DNA from: Cyanidioschyzon merolae | Lineage: Eukaryota | Direction: 5' to 3' (one strand) | Assembly (NCBI GenBank): GCA_000091205.1 | Contig: AP006499.2 | Length of the DNA stretch: 64,000 bases | Shown: one piece after another, positions 10,760 to 21,350 of the stretch | Numbering within the stretch: the stretch's first letter is position 1 | Layout: each line of letters starts with the position of its first letter | The notes under the pieces: model-generated | Told to the model about the DNA's origin: nothing | The model's input: the letters and a program-made list of their open reading frames with translations, nothing else | Databases searched by the model: none | Position numbers and translations under genes: made by a program

Positions 10760-10974
10760 TTGCAGACAGCGCGGTTGATATCAGCTCGCTGTGAAGCATC
10801 AATGGTTCCACGCCCTACTTCCAAGTTCCATAACCCACTCTTTTCTCGGATACACTGGTGGTTTTGTACGTTCTATCGTGCATGTCGTGAGCACACGCAT
10901 TAGCGCTTGTAGCGCCGCTGCGGTCGGGGCATGGACATAGAACGGCTATGCCGTACCCCAGAGAGTGTCGGCTA
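10760..10974. repeat. Dispersed repeat family 'R2', truncated copy A (5' ~200 bp only), directly abutting Tc1-like copy 1
   Basis: The segment 'gaagcatcaatggttccacgccctacttccaagttccataacccac...agcgcttgtagcgccgctgcgg...gccgtaccccagagagtgtcggct' is alignable at about 70-80% identity to 33650-33880 (+) and to the reverse complement of 29770-29960. Homology stops at about 10974, where Tc1-like sequence begins. Confidence 0.55.
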
Positions 10975-11433
10975 AGGATGGTGGACGGAAACCCAGTAAC
11001 AGGTGCCTCCCAGCGTTTTTTGTTCGGTGGCTTTTTATTCGTTTCAGTTTCTCCGCGCGCGCGCGCACTTCGAGCCGGAGAGGCTGCCCCATGACGAAGG
11101 ATCCCGCCAGCTCCTCGGGCCGCGACTTGAGCACCGCACATTGTCTGATATTGACGGCAGCGTTGAGGTCTCGGGTCACGAGCTCCCTGCGTTTATTGCC
11201 TGTGGTGGAACCCATCAACGCAAGGATACATTGATCTCGGAAACTCAATGCGAATACAGCCTCATCATTGCCCCGTCTTGCGAGCAGATTTTCTGTCTCC
11301 ATCTAACCTCTTTTCCTTCGTCATTTGTTCTTCTTCGCTCTATGGTTAGCACGAAGAGGATTTTGGGGGTTTTGGCGAACTCGGTGACACCGAGCCTCCA
11401 GGAAGCACGAAATTCACATCCATACCTTTCCAT
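10946..11433 (-). pseudogene. TnpB/Fanzor-like C-terminal (RuvC-III) relic downstream of the Tc1-like transposase
   Basis: ORFs 11245..11433(-) and 10946..11302(-) contain '...KILFVLTIERRRTNDEGKEV...' and 'ILALMGSTTGNKRRELVTRDLNAAVNIRQCAVLKSRPEEL'. They align with 'ILAMVCPSSVNARNEFMNRDFNHAINIRRF' (copy 2) and 'LAILALMSSTKCTERMEIVSRVFNPAINFRRF' (copy 3). 'PSSKxC...RDxNAAxNI' is the TnpB/Fanzor zinc-finger/RuvC-III signature, but the zinc finger is collapsed and no RuvC-I/II is evident. Confidence 0.45.
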
Positions 11434-12450
11434 TCGATTTTTTATTTCTTCAATTGAACGGAGCGCATTATGCCCTTAGGTGAGTACTGTCCCGCAGGGA
11501 GAACAGATTGCTTAAGAGAGACGACATGTGCCTCGACCTGAACGTGCTGAGCGCTTCAGCGATTCGCCCAATGGAGGGATCATTGCGTTTCACACAAGAA
11601 AACCATTCTTCGATCGGTTGGAGCCACGGGGCATACAGAGGAATGAATAGCAGCTCGTTTCTCCGACAGATTCGGCAAAAGCTCAAACAAAAGGGGAATC
11701 TTGGAATACGGCGCTGTCCAATAGAAGGACGTCGCCATACGTGAGGGAAAAGTCTTCAATGATTCGGCAAAATAGGTGCTGTTGCATGAGCCTTCTCCAC
11801 GAGCGAAACTGAGGTCGCCAAATGAATCCACTGCAGTTAGAACGGACTGCGTCTTCGTTTTTTCCGCGTTTCGTCGTACGTACAAACGTTTCTTTGTACT
11901 CGGATACCCCATATCTGCTCTGACGGTTTCGAGGGTAGCAGGTCTCATGTAATGAAAAAACAATCCAACGTCGCCCTGCTTCGTACCGATCCCAACGTTC
12001 CAGGAACGCTGTTCTCGCGATATCTGTGCAAGATGGCCATGTGTCAACTACGACTTTTTTCCAACTGTAACCCAGTGTTTTCAGCACCACACGAACGAGC
12101 GGCTGAGAAAGAGAGACGCCCCTATTGGCCACAATCGTTGCTCTTGCTTCCAGGAACATTTTCAATGAGTCGTTTCCTACCATTGACTGCAAGCAGTCTG
12201 TGACCGTTTCGGTTTCGGCGCGGAGAACATGGAACGCTTTTTCTCAGCGTTCGTCAACGATCTGAGCACCGCCGAATGACCGACCCGAGTCAGGAATGCA
12301 GTCCTCCCTGTACTGATCAGTAAAGAATATACATCGTACACGCAAATCTTCTGCGATCTATACGGCACATTTCATGATCATTTCAATATCCTGCTGTACG
12401 TCGCAGGCGGCACGAAACAAAAATGAGTTGAAAGACTATAGGTCCAGTCC
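10974..12450 (-). mobile_element. Tc1/mariner (IS630-Tc1, DDE_3)-like DNA transposon, decayed copy 1, with a 3' TnpB/Fanzor-like relic ORF
   Basis: Frameshifted ORFs on the minus strand give an HTH region, 'LKTLGYSWKK', 'WIVFSLHETCY' (first D region), 'LLLDSAVFQDSP' (DNAxH-like) and 'LLFIPLYAPWLQPIEEWFSCVKRN' (the PPYSPDLNPIE...W..LK signature). Downstream is an ORF with 'STTGNKRRELVTRDLNAAVNIRQ' (TnpB RuvC-III-like). The whole unit is homologous at DNA level (~75-80%) to 57700-59050 (+) and in part to 20650-21350 (-). Confidence 0.65.
11468..12420 (-). pseudogene. DDE_3 (Tc1/IS630-family) transposase pseudogene, frameshifted
   Basis: Pieces lie in ORFs 11683..12192, 11580..12047 and 11468..11686 (all minus), with the motifs listed for the parent element. 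At least two frameshifts separate them. Confidence 0.6.
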
Positions 12451-14155
12451 GCAAAACTCGGGCGTACGGATTATGGTTTCGATCGTTTCCCCGTGTCAGC
12501 AGCACTGATGCTTGATGGGCCTCTTCTGCGACTGCTTCCTTTCCCTCTCTCGTATCTCCTGGTTTAGGTTCGTCAATCTCTCCTTCCTATCAGGCAGTGT
12601 CGCACGCAGTCGACAAATGGTGGTGATAGCGTTCAAGTCGCGATTTCGCCGCTCCCAGCTGTTTTCGGTGTACCTCATGCATAGGCAAAAGGTGCGATCT
12701 TCTGGACGATTCACTCCACGAGTACGCGGTCTGGTGCACACGCAAGCGTGCACACTCCCATTCGATGAATCATTTGTGAAATGTCATTTTGTCGCTGATG
12801 AAGCAAGTATGGGAAGAAAAATCCAGATAGGTGAACAAGTCGAGAGATTTGGATCCGGCTCAGCTCCCTTTTTTGCAAAGCAGTGACGCACGCTCGACTC
12901 AAGGCGATCGCTGCCATGACCCAAGTGCGAGTCCAAGACCCGTTGGCATGCTAGCAGAAGAGAAAGGAGCCTCTACGAGCGTGTCTCGTGAGAGACATCA
13001 TGCAGCTGCTGTGGAATTACGTTTTGTCGATAGCCACAAAGTGAGGCGATACTATCTCTCGAATCGAACCGATTCTTCGACGTGGCTCATGGTGTGGAAT
13101 TTCCACATGAGCTTGTGCAGAAGTCGACCAGGGATGTCATCGAGTTTTTTTCTCCTCGTCAGTCAGGATGCACGAATTGCAGCGCCCACGAGTTGCCTCA
13201 AAGCAGATTGATCAAAAATTGAACAATGTGTGATTTGGGCACTGTTCACGTACGAAAAGGAGAAGCGCGGAGGCCTCTGCCAATGAATTGGATTCTGATA
13301 TCGGTTATTTTACGAAATGCTTGATGGAGGGCGTTGCGAATCATCTTGATTTCGATGACGTACTGCATTCCAGCAGCAGAAACCAGAAAAGAACTGCCCA
13401 AAAACACAACCGAAAATCTGAAGCCTATGTAGGAATCCGTAGGCCCCTGACCAATATACTTTGAATATCGGGGCTGTGCATCTAAAAAAACCAGAAAGAA
13501 ATGAAAAATCAGGAACAGAGCGCGCAGTTCAGTGCTCGATTTTCATCTGAAACGGATGTAGAGAGCAGGGTTGTCGACACACGAACCAGGAGACTTCCCC
13601 GGCGATTCCACGATGTTTTATCGACCTTCGGGAGAGTGTTCAGCACGCTGCTCCTGGCCTCCCAACTTCTATCGGTCATCACCATCCATACCACCCCACA
13701 GAGCGACCGCACGCCACCGCTCTCTTGTCTAGTGTCCTGGGCCTCGTGCACGCATCGCCTGCGAGCCTCTTGGTGACCAGCGCGCCGCGCAGGCGCTCCA
13801 AACACCCCGCACAGTGCGGAGCAGGGAGCCTGTGTCAGAGAGAGCGCTCTTTTTCCACATATTCAAGCTCCTGGGATCACGTGTAGCCTTTCGGGAAAAC
13901 CGTTTACGTCTGGAACCTGCCAAAGCGTTGAACTTGGAACAAGCGCTACTCGTGGCAAGTTTGCGGCGTGCTTATCACGTTTTCGGGGCCGATATCGCTG
14001 CGCGATAGTCGCGGAATATCCATAGCATCCGTACCGCCGAAATTGCATGCAAGTTTGCCGCAAGCTGCAGCCTCCATGGAACAAGTCGCGCATCGACGCA
14101 TCGCTGGAGTAAACGCGCTATGCATCAACCCCGACGAGCATCACCGGAGCGCGCA

Positions 14156-15793
14156 CTAGTCCCGTTGTATGTGATTGTCAAGCCAGGTGCGCAGCTGATC
14201 CATTTCGCTTTCATGAAGAACAAGGTTTGCCTGAAATAAGCACTCTGCGGACATCGGTCGATGACGTTCCATCATGCGAATGCAGGCCTCGTGCCCCGGA
14301 TACGCTGGATCGAATGAGGTCCCGTTCAGGTGCAGAACTTGGGCCATGGCATGGCGCGATACCCCGAGCATGATTGCCAAGGCAGCGTACATGTCAGGCT
14401 TTCGCGCCAAAGCTGGAAAAAGCTCGATGTTCACCACATGGCGTGGTTTCCCGAGCGAGAACAAATGCGACCACTCTGCGCCGTGCATCGCGATCAACGA
14501 GCGACGCTGGTGCACCGCGACGTACTGGTCGCACCACGAGAGTTCCCCAAAATCGGGAATGTAGTCTGCATCGAGTCGTTCTGCCAGCTGATCGCTGTTT
14601 AAAAGACGCCGCCGCTGCGAGCTGCGTCCCAGAACGACGGCTGGCCGCGCTGGACGCTGTTTTGCGCGCTCCACATGCTCCTTCGAACATTCCTTCTCGA
14701 AAAACTTGAATGTGGCGAGGCGAAAAGCCTCCAGTAACCATGGACGAAGCGCGTTCGCTGCAGCGCGTTCCGACGCACTTATTCCATTCAGGCCTTTCGA
14801 ATTCGGATTGTAGGTCCAGTCCCAGTTCCGTATGGGTTGCTCGCGCGCACCAACAGATAGGTCGCGAAAACACCAACCCTCCGCATCAGACACGGGATAG
14901 GGAAGTCCAACATCTCTTCCTATGAAATAAACATCTTCAACGAGGCTATGGATCATACGGATGACTCGAAGGAGTCGTTCGCGTCCGCCATTCGGTGGAA
15001 ACCCGCTCTGCCCGATGTCACGCAGATCGAAGACAACCACAAACGGCAGCGGATACAGCGTCGGGTCCTGTTCAATGTGACGCACAAGGTTCACTTTTTC
15101 GAGCATGAGTAACGTTGCAACCAGTGGATACAGGTAGTCCACAGTGGTATGGGCTAGGTTACGAAGCCCGAAGTGCGACGGTCGAGTGAGCACCGCCGTT
15201 CTCGCCTCGAAACGCCTGCACAGCCGCAGCGGTGATGTTCCGTCCGCGTGGGCGCCGTAGAACTGAGCTTCATCAAGCAACTTAACGTTTTGCGAGGCGC
15301 TATAGTAAGAGGACATCACGGTTAGGAAGTGGCTGGTAGCGGTGCTGTTTGGCGAGACCGACGCAGGAGCGAGGACTTGGTCTCCGGTAAGGACGGCTCG
15401 CGACAAACGTAAATAGGGCAACTTCGTAACGCCTTCAAAAGTGCTCAGGTTCGGAGGAGCCGCCCCGTCCGACATAAACGGTGGAAGCCCTGGCACGTCT
15501 GTGGCAACGCCACTAGAGGACGTCGGCCGGGAGCCAAAAGGAAAACCTTGGCGAGCGCCCAAGGCTCTCAACAGCAGAATCACCCACGCGGTGAGAACGA
15601 CTCCGCCTAGCAGTCGGATCCATAGAAACTCGCGAGACCGCTCTATCCGTCGCACTAAACCCCGTATGCCAGCAGCCATGGAGCAGTGACGCACCTCGAG
15701 AGCTTCTGGGTGAAGCGCGTCGACATGAACAGGCCTCGAACGCCCGTATTTTTTGAAGGAGAAAGTCGGGTTTCGAATAGACACGTTTCTCAT
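14156..15793 (-). CDS. GT61/DUF563-family glycosyltransferase-like type-II membrane protein (paralog A)
   Basis: There is an N-terminal TM 'FLWIRLLGGVVLTAWVILLLRAL'. 'AHTTVDYLYPLVATLLMLE', 'CFRDLSVGAREQPIRNWDW' and 'LIAMHGAEWSHLFSLGKPRHVVNIELFP' fit the GT61 'HGAxL.N..F' C-terminal signature. It is a clear paralog of 16304..17863. Confidence 0.7.
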   Translation of the reverse strand: MRNVSIRNPTFSFKKYGRSRPVHVDALHPEALEVRHCSMAAGIRGLVRRIERSREFLWIRLLGGVVLTAWVILLLRALGARQGFPFGSRPTSSSGVATDVPGLPPFMSDGAAPPNLSTFEGVTKLPYLRLSRAVLTGDQVLAPASVSPNSTATSHFLTVMSSYYSASQNVKLLDEAQFYGAHADGTSPLRLCRRFEARTAVLTRPSHFGLRNLAHTTVDYLYPLVATLLMLEKVNLVRHIEQDPTLYPLPFVVVFDLRDIGQSGFPPNGGRERLLRVIRMIHSLVEDVYFIGRDVGLPYPVSDAEGWCFRDLSVGAREQPIRNWDWTYNPNSKGLNGISASERAAANALRPWLLEAFRLATFKFFEKECSKEHVERAKQRPARPAVVLGRSSQRRRLLNSDQLAERLDADYIPDFGELSWCDQYVAVHQRRSLIAMHGAEWSHLFSLGKPRHVVNIELFPALARKPDMYAALAIMLGVSRHAMAQVLHLNGTSFDPAYPGHEACIRMMERHRPMSAECLFQANLVLHESEMDQLRTWLDNHIQRD

Positions 15794-16303
15794 CGAGAGG
15801 CGTTGCGCACCGGCGGCGATGGTGCATACGTTCGCGCGTACCTGACACTCAACGCACCGGCATGCCGTTCAACCAACAAACCCTGCATAACCGGTATACA
15901 GTAGTGGCGAGAAACACGCTCTGGACAGAACGTCTCTCCGCAGGCGGCAACGATGGACTTTTGCATGGCATTCGTAGTTGAAAGCGGTGATTCCGTCCGC
16001 TGAATATGAGCGTAAACGTCGCAGGGGTCCTCGAGGTCACTCTGGTAGCTTTTGGAAGGCTTTACACGGACGACGCGGGGGAACTCGCGAAACCTGGTCG
16101 CCAGAGCCCGTCACAATGGCTGATGGAGTCAGTCTTTTCAGCGTTCCCACGAGAAGCGCCCTTCGGATATGCTCGGTCGCTGTCCTGCATGGAACTGGCA
16201 AAAAGGCAGAATTCTCAAGGCGCTTTTCGAAACGCTGGAACCCTAAACCTGAAAAGCGAGCTTAGCGCGTATCTCAAACCAGAAACACTGCGTGCCATGA
16301 TAT

Positions 16304-17863
16304 CTAATCTTCCGCAAGAAAGCGCACGATTCGTTCCTGGTCATACTCCGAAAGGACGATGTTCGCGTCGAGGCAACATCGCCCCGGTAGGGTGCCACGT
16401 ACACTTGTGTGATTGCGGTACGCGTCGAGGCAGGTGCGTTGCTGAGGGTAACGCACATCGAATTCCATGCTGGTTCGATTGCTCGTTTGCAGCTTCATAT
16501 GGTGCATGACGCCGAGATATCTAGCGATCGACGCATAGAAGGTCAGTGGCGCCGCGCATGGAGGGAAAAGCTCAACGCTGCGCAGACGGGATGGTTTTCG
16601 AACGAGTAACAAGTACGACCACTCAGCGCCGTGCATCGCGACAATGCCGCTCGCATCTCGAATAATGGTATATTGTAAACACCATGGCAGATTGCCAAAC
16701 GCCTCAACATACTGAGCGTGCGGTATGCGTCGGACCAGTGCTGTTCCATTGCGGAGTTGTCGTCGAACAGAGCCGCGCCCCAGAATCCATATAGTGTGTC
16801 GGTTTTGGTCGCGTTGCGGGCGCTCTCCGAATAAGTCGTGACTCGGGGTGATCACTCGTTTGCGATCGACTGACTTCGACGAACACTCGCGGTCTGCATC
16901 GTTCCGCATAAATGCGCTGAATGCCCGCAGCAGCTTTCCCCGCTGGGCATCCATGGATCGGGACAGTTCCAGGAGATTCCAGTTTGAGTGCCTGAGATTT
17001 TGCTCCCTCGCACCAAGTACTAGATCACGAAAACAAAAAGTCGATTCCAGAGCTCTGCCCATGGATCGGAACTCCAGATTCGGCGTCAAGCTGGTGCTGA
17101 TGCCGCCAAGGCGGTGCAGCAGGCGACGGCCATCTGGTGGAAGCCGAAGAGCGCTGCGGCCCGCTCGTCCCAAGCTCGTTGTATCGAAAATCAGACGCGG
17201 CGGGTAGACACGCTGACGGACCCAATCTAGCGGATTGCGACTGAGCAGCCGCATCGTGACGTAAAGAGGATAAACGAGATCGAAGGTCCAGTGAGCCAAA
17301 TTCTTCATCACGAAGGGAGTCAGCGGTTGATAGAGGGTTGTCCGGTGCTCCCAGCCACCGTCTGTTCGCTGGCATTCTGCTTCGAATGCCCGTTTTTCGG
17401 TTTCATTCACGACGAAATGTACTGATATGTACGCGGAGCGATATGCGGTGCGCACTCTCAAAAGCGTGCGTTCGTTCAGGAGAAGCGCGTCTTCGTCAGC
17501 TGTCGAGCTGCTACGGCAGGCGTCGAGTGAGCGGCACAGCACGAACACCCTTCGCTCCGTACCAGATACTCTCAGAACAGCGTCGCGCACTCGAGCGTAC
17601 GAGACACTCCAAGTACCGGTTCCGTTCACAAACAACGGCAATCGGCGAGAGAGCAGATCTTTCTCGAACTCGCGCAACGCATAACGGGCGCTTCGGACCC
17701 CTCCGCCGTAGAGTTTCCACTCATAGACGGCAATCTGAACCAACACCGCGACGCCGAGCACGCTCCAAACTACACGGGAAAGAAGCCGCAAACGGACACG
17801 TGCACAGAAACGTCTGCTCAAGTCTGAAACACGCTGCTTGTTTGGCGAGCACCGCCTATACAT
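16304..17863 (-). CDS. GT61/DUF563-family glycosyltransferase-like type-II membrane protein (paralog B)
   Basis: There is an N-terminal TM 'VVWSVLGVAVLVQIAVY'. 'AHWTFDLVYPLYVTMRLL', 'CFRDLVLGAREQNLRHSNW' and 'IVAMHGAEWSYLLLVRKPSRLRSVELFP' match paralog A colinearly, on the same strand, ~500 bp apart. Confidence 0.7.
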   Translation of the reverse strand: MYRRCSPNKQRVSDLSRRFCARVRLRLLSRVVWSVLGVAVLVQIAVYEWKLYGGGVRSARYALREFEKDLLSRRLPLFVNGTGTWSVSYARVRDAVLRVSGTERRVFVLCRSLDACRSSSTADEDALLLNERTLLRVRTAYRSAYISVHFVVNETEKRAFEAECQRTDGGWEHRTTLYQPLTPFVMKNLAHWTFDLVYPLYVTMRLLSRNPLDWVRQRVYPPRLIFDTTSLGRAGRSALRLPPDGRRLLHRLGGISTSLTPNLEFRSMGRALESTFCFRDLVLGAREQNLRHSNWNLLELSRSMDAQRGKLLRAFSAFMRNDADRECSSKSVDRKRVITPSHDLFGERPQRDQNRHTIWILGRGSVRRQLRNGTALVRRIPHAQYVEAFGNLPWCLQYTIIRDASGIVAMHGAEWSYLLLVRKPSRLRSVELFPPCAAPLTFYASIARYLGVMHHMKLQTSNRTSMEFDVRYPQQRTCLDAYRNHTSVRGTLPGRCCLDANIVLSEYDQERIVRFLAED

Positions 17864-20649
17864 GGCCGACTAACCTGCATACCTGGTACGAGCTGGAGAT
17901 ACGACGGGACACCCGCGAGACTCGTTCGCGCCAGATGCGTGATTCGTCCACGGCTGGACACGTGTCCACACAGGTCCAGCCGCCGCTGATTCACGCGCCT
18001 TGATTTAGCCGCTTGGGTGCAGCGCATCCGAGTTGCGGCAGAAACGAGAGGATGTTATGGCTATTTCTGTCCAGATTCTAAAGAGGACCTGCGCTTGCAA
18101 TCGACGCCGTCCCTTGTAGGAGCGCCGGATGGGCAGCATGTGCTGCACCAATGCTGGTAGTTGCATGATCCCCGGCTCGTATACGTTTACGCGATAATGC
18201 CGTCGGAGCGGGAAGCGGCTGCAGCGTCACCGGATACGTCAGAGACGACGCTGAGACGGGTGATTCGTCAGACGCGGCTCGTTTGTGGAGATCTAGCTGA
18301 GAAGCCACTGGTACAGGCCACAATAGTGCACCCAGAACGGACGCTGTACGCCGTGGACGCTGCCTTTTCGAGAGCGGTTTCCGTTGTAGTCCGTAGGACT
18401 CGCGAGACGTTGGCTGGAGCTAGTCCACTATTGCCCGTTGCAGCGCTTGGTCTTAGCTTCTGGGGAGGCGCTCGGGTATACCGTCGCCTTCGTGAGCTCG
18501 TGCTCCCAAGCACGCAGCAGAAACTGCCTACAACTGGTTTACATCAGGCGAAGCGCGGTCCGTAGACTTTCTCTCGCTGATCATCGTCGTATTATCTGTA
18601 GAGTGCAGTCGGACGGGAGACTTGTGGAGGGCCACGTAGAGCAATCTGTCAAAACGCTGGGGTGGAGGCTACGCGTTGTACTTGTTTTCGCGCTGTATCG
18701 CGGTTCAGAGAGGTTTTCGTCCCGGAGCGCGGAGTGCTCTTGTCGAACCAGAAAACTGACGTTGTTATACATGGGGTATGCGGCGGAACCGTTCACAATG
18801 TGTCGGCTAGCGTTTCTGTCTCGACAAAAAAGCCTTCATTGGTGAATCCATCGCTGTTAACGTTCTTGCAGTCCGAGTCCATAGCGGAGATATTCGACGC
18901 GGACGTTCACGTGAACGGGTTCATGAACCTAGTGCATGTGGTTGCAATAGGAAAGATTCTGCAGTAAAGTACGCACATCACGTCGAGCGTGCAACACTCG
19001 TATGATCAGTCCCGGGGCGCACGATGCCAGGTTTTGTTTGCCGGTGTCGCCTGCGCAAGCGCTGTGGCAATGGCAGGCGCCAGGATCGGTGCTGTTACCG
19101 AAAGAAACGCGGTCCGCTGTAGAGAGCGCGCTGAATATAACGACGCTTCGGTGGTGTTCCTTGGATCGTGTGGCGACATCCAGAACCGTTGCGACAGTAA
19201 CGACAAGTGGTTTCCATGAAATCTTTGATTAGAATAATCGTGCCGCTCACTGACGGATGCACGAGCGGACAAGGAAACATCGAGCGACTTGTTACAGAGA
19301 GCAGAGCATCGACTTTGCGCTGCAGGTGTGCAAAGTTCTTTTTACCGATACAGGATCCCATCTGGAGGAGTTGGCCCCTCTGGATCATTGCATCATGGTG
19401 ATGCGTTCTCGTTTACGCAAGTCATCGAAGCCCATTCCCAGCTTCAGCTGCGAATCCCACCTGTCGGGCTACGGCTTCTGTATGTGGATATAGTCGAATG
19501 CTTTTTCGTGAAAGGCACGGAACTTGGTCTCACGGAACCCACCACAAAAGGAAAAAGTCTCTACCTCTTCGCCATGCAACTAAAAGCGTGCAGGAAAAAC
19601 TGTCTGAATGGGTCTCATGGCATTCTTGCCAGCCGCGGTCGAAGCAGGGCCCAGGTGCAATACCGCGCCCGGAATCGTCTTCGGTTTCGTGTGCAACTGT
19701 TGTTCACTGCGACTGTGCGCTATTCGCAGCGGGTAGTTTCGGAGTATTCAAGCACGTCCCTTGGTATCCAGCTTCCTGGGAATCTCTTGCATTGGCTACA
19801 ACATCTAACCAAAATGCCAACCTGAGTGGGCCTGACTCGCCCACAGGGCGCTACATTCTGGACGGGAGGTCCCGCGGAACAGATGCGTCCGCGGAGTCAG
19901 TGCTCTGCGCGCAGCCCCGGTGGTGCATGTCGAGGAGAAACCCGCGCGGCCCGACCGCGACACAGCTCTTTTTGGACGACGGAGGGCGGCATTCCGCGCC
20001 CAGGCTCTGCTCTGGTCGCTGAGTCTCTTTAGCGTATCTTTCCACGCCGCTCCGACAGCAGACCTGCGTGCGTAGACTGTTGCCGCCCAGGCGAAAGATG
20101 AGTCCCGGTCCAGTGCCGCAAAACGTGCACATCGAACTGGCATCCGTCATGGCACCGCAACGCCGTTTCGTCCTTGAATGATGACTGGATCAGGCGCCGT
20201 ATCCATTGTCGCAGCAAGCGCCTAAGATATGCTCGGCTCCTGGAGGGTCTTTTCAGCGAGCCTCTCTAGTTTGGTGACACACTGGTCTGGGTTCGTTGGA
20301 GCGTGGAACCATCCCTGGAGAGGTACTGCAGTCTCCGCCCCGAGACCAAAAGCGTCCAAATTGCCCAGAGCATCTGTCTCTATGCAGACCTTTCCGCACC
20401 TAAACAGAAATGCTATGGCGAACTTCCGCGCCAGTCGGAGTTCTCCCAGGGTCCGATGCCTGATCAATCCTCTATTCTGTTGGGGAACACAGCTCAGATG
20501 TTGGCGCAATGATGGGCGACTTTTCTCAGATCGATGAAGCTCATCTCTTCAAATGATTGCTATCACGTACATGGACGAATGAAAAGTGTACCGTCGGCAC
20601 TTAGGTTCACCAGCCAGACTATCGCACAAACGAACCAGTTTGTCTAAAC

Positions 20650-21350
20650 GGAAGCATCGATGCTGGTAACTGATGGAACTTTGAGGTCTTCTCCGGCGTC
20701 ATCGATACTCCCTTCGATACGTATATCCACCTAGCGATCGGGGATATACTTGGATTACGTTCACAATCGTAATCAGTGACACGAAAAATGTCCCACGATT
20801 ATCAAGTGGACATACGTACACCCACGCGCAGATGCTTCCCAGCCTTTTTTGATCGGCCGCTTTTATCGGTCTCAGCTTCTCCCTGGAGGCCTCGAGCCTG
20901 AGAGATTCCTCGATAAAATTGGATCGCGTCAGCGCTTCGGGTCTCGTCTCGAACGCCATGAATCGTCTGATATTGATGGCGTGGTTGAAGTCTCGGTTCA
21001 TGAACTCGTTGCGTGCATTGACACTGCTTGGACACACCATTGCAAGAATTGGTAGAGCTCGCGCCCTCAGTGCCACTGCAGTCTCGTCATCGTCCCGTCG
21101 AACGAACATCTTTTCTCGCGTATCTGCAACCGTTTTCATCTCCGTCAGTTGCGCTTCATCGCTCGATGATCGGCGAGAAGAGTTTTTTCTTTTTCTCTTG
21201 AATCCGGCAGGGACGACCCTCCGGGATCCCCGAATCGCACGCCCATGCTTTTCTCTCGCATTTTTATTTTCGAAAATGAACGCACTTGGCAAGCATCTGC
21301 TATACACCGCGAAAAGGCATCTGATGGCACCCGCCTGGAGCGTAGAACGC
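20650..21350 (-). mobile_element. 5'-truncated copy 2 of the Tc1-like/TnpB-like element (3' part only)
   Basis: ORF 20699..21352(-) is 217 aa. It contains 'RCLFAVYSRCLPSAFIFENKN' (the transposase C-terminal tail), 'KRKRKNSSRRSSSDE', 'ILAMVCPSSVNARNEFMNRDFNHAINIRRFMAFETRPEAL' and 'ESLRLEAS', colinear with copies 1 and 3. No transposase core is present upstream of 21350. Confidence 0.55.

Noticed and set aside
10946-11433. An intact Fanzor/TnpB nuclease gene
   Set aside because: Only the C-terminal ~100 aa (PSSKxC / RD.NAA.NI region) are recognisable in any copy. The space upstream is occupied by the Tc1-like transposase, the zinc ribbon is collapsed, and no RuvC-I/II is present. It is a relic and not a functional RNA-guided nuclease.
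12177-12368. Separate small gene 'MPYRSQKICVYDVY...'
   Set aside because: It is best explained as the N-terminal HTH fragment of the decayed Tc1-like transposase (copy 1), and not an independent gene.
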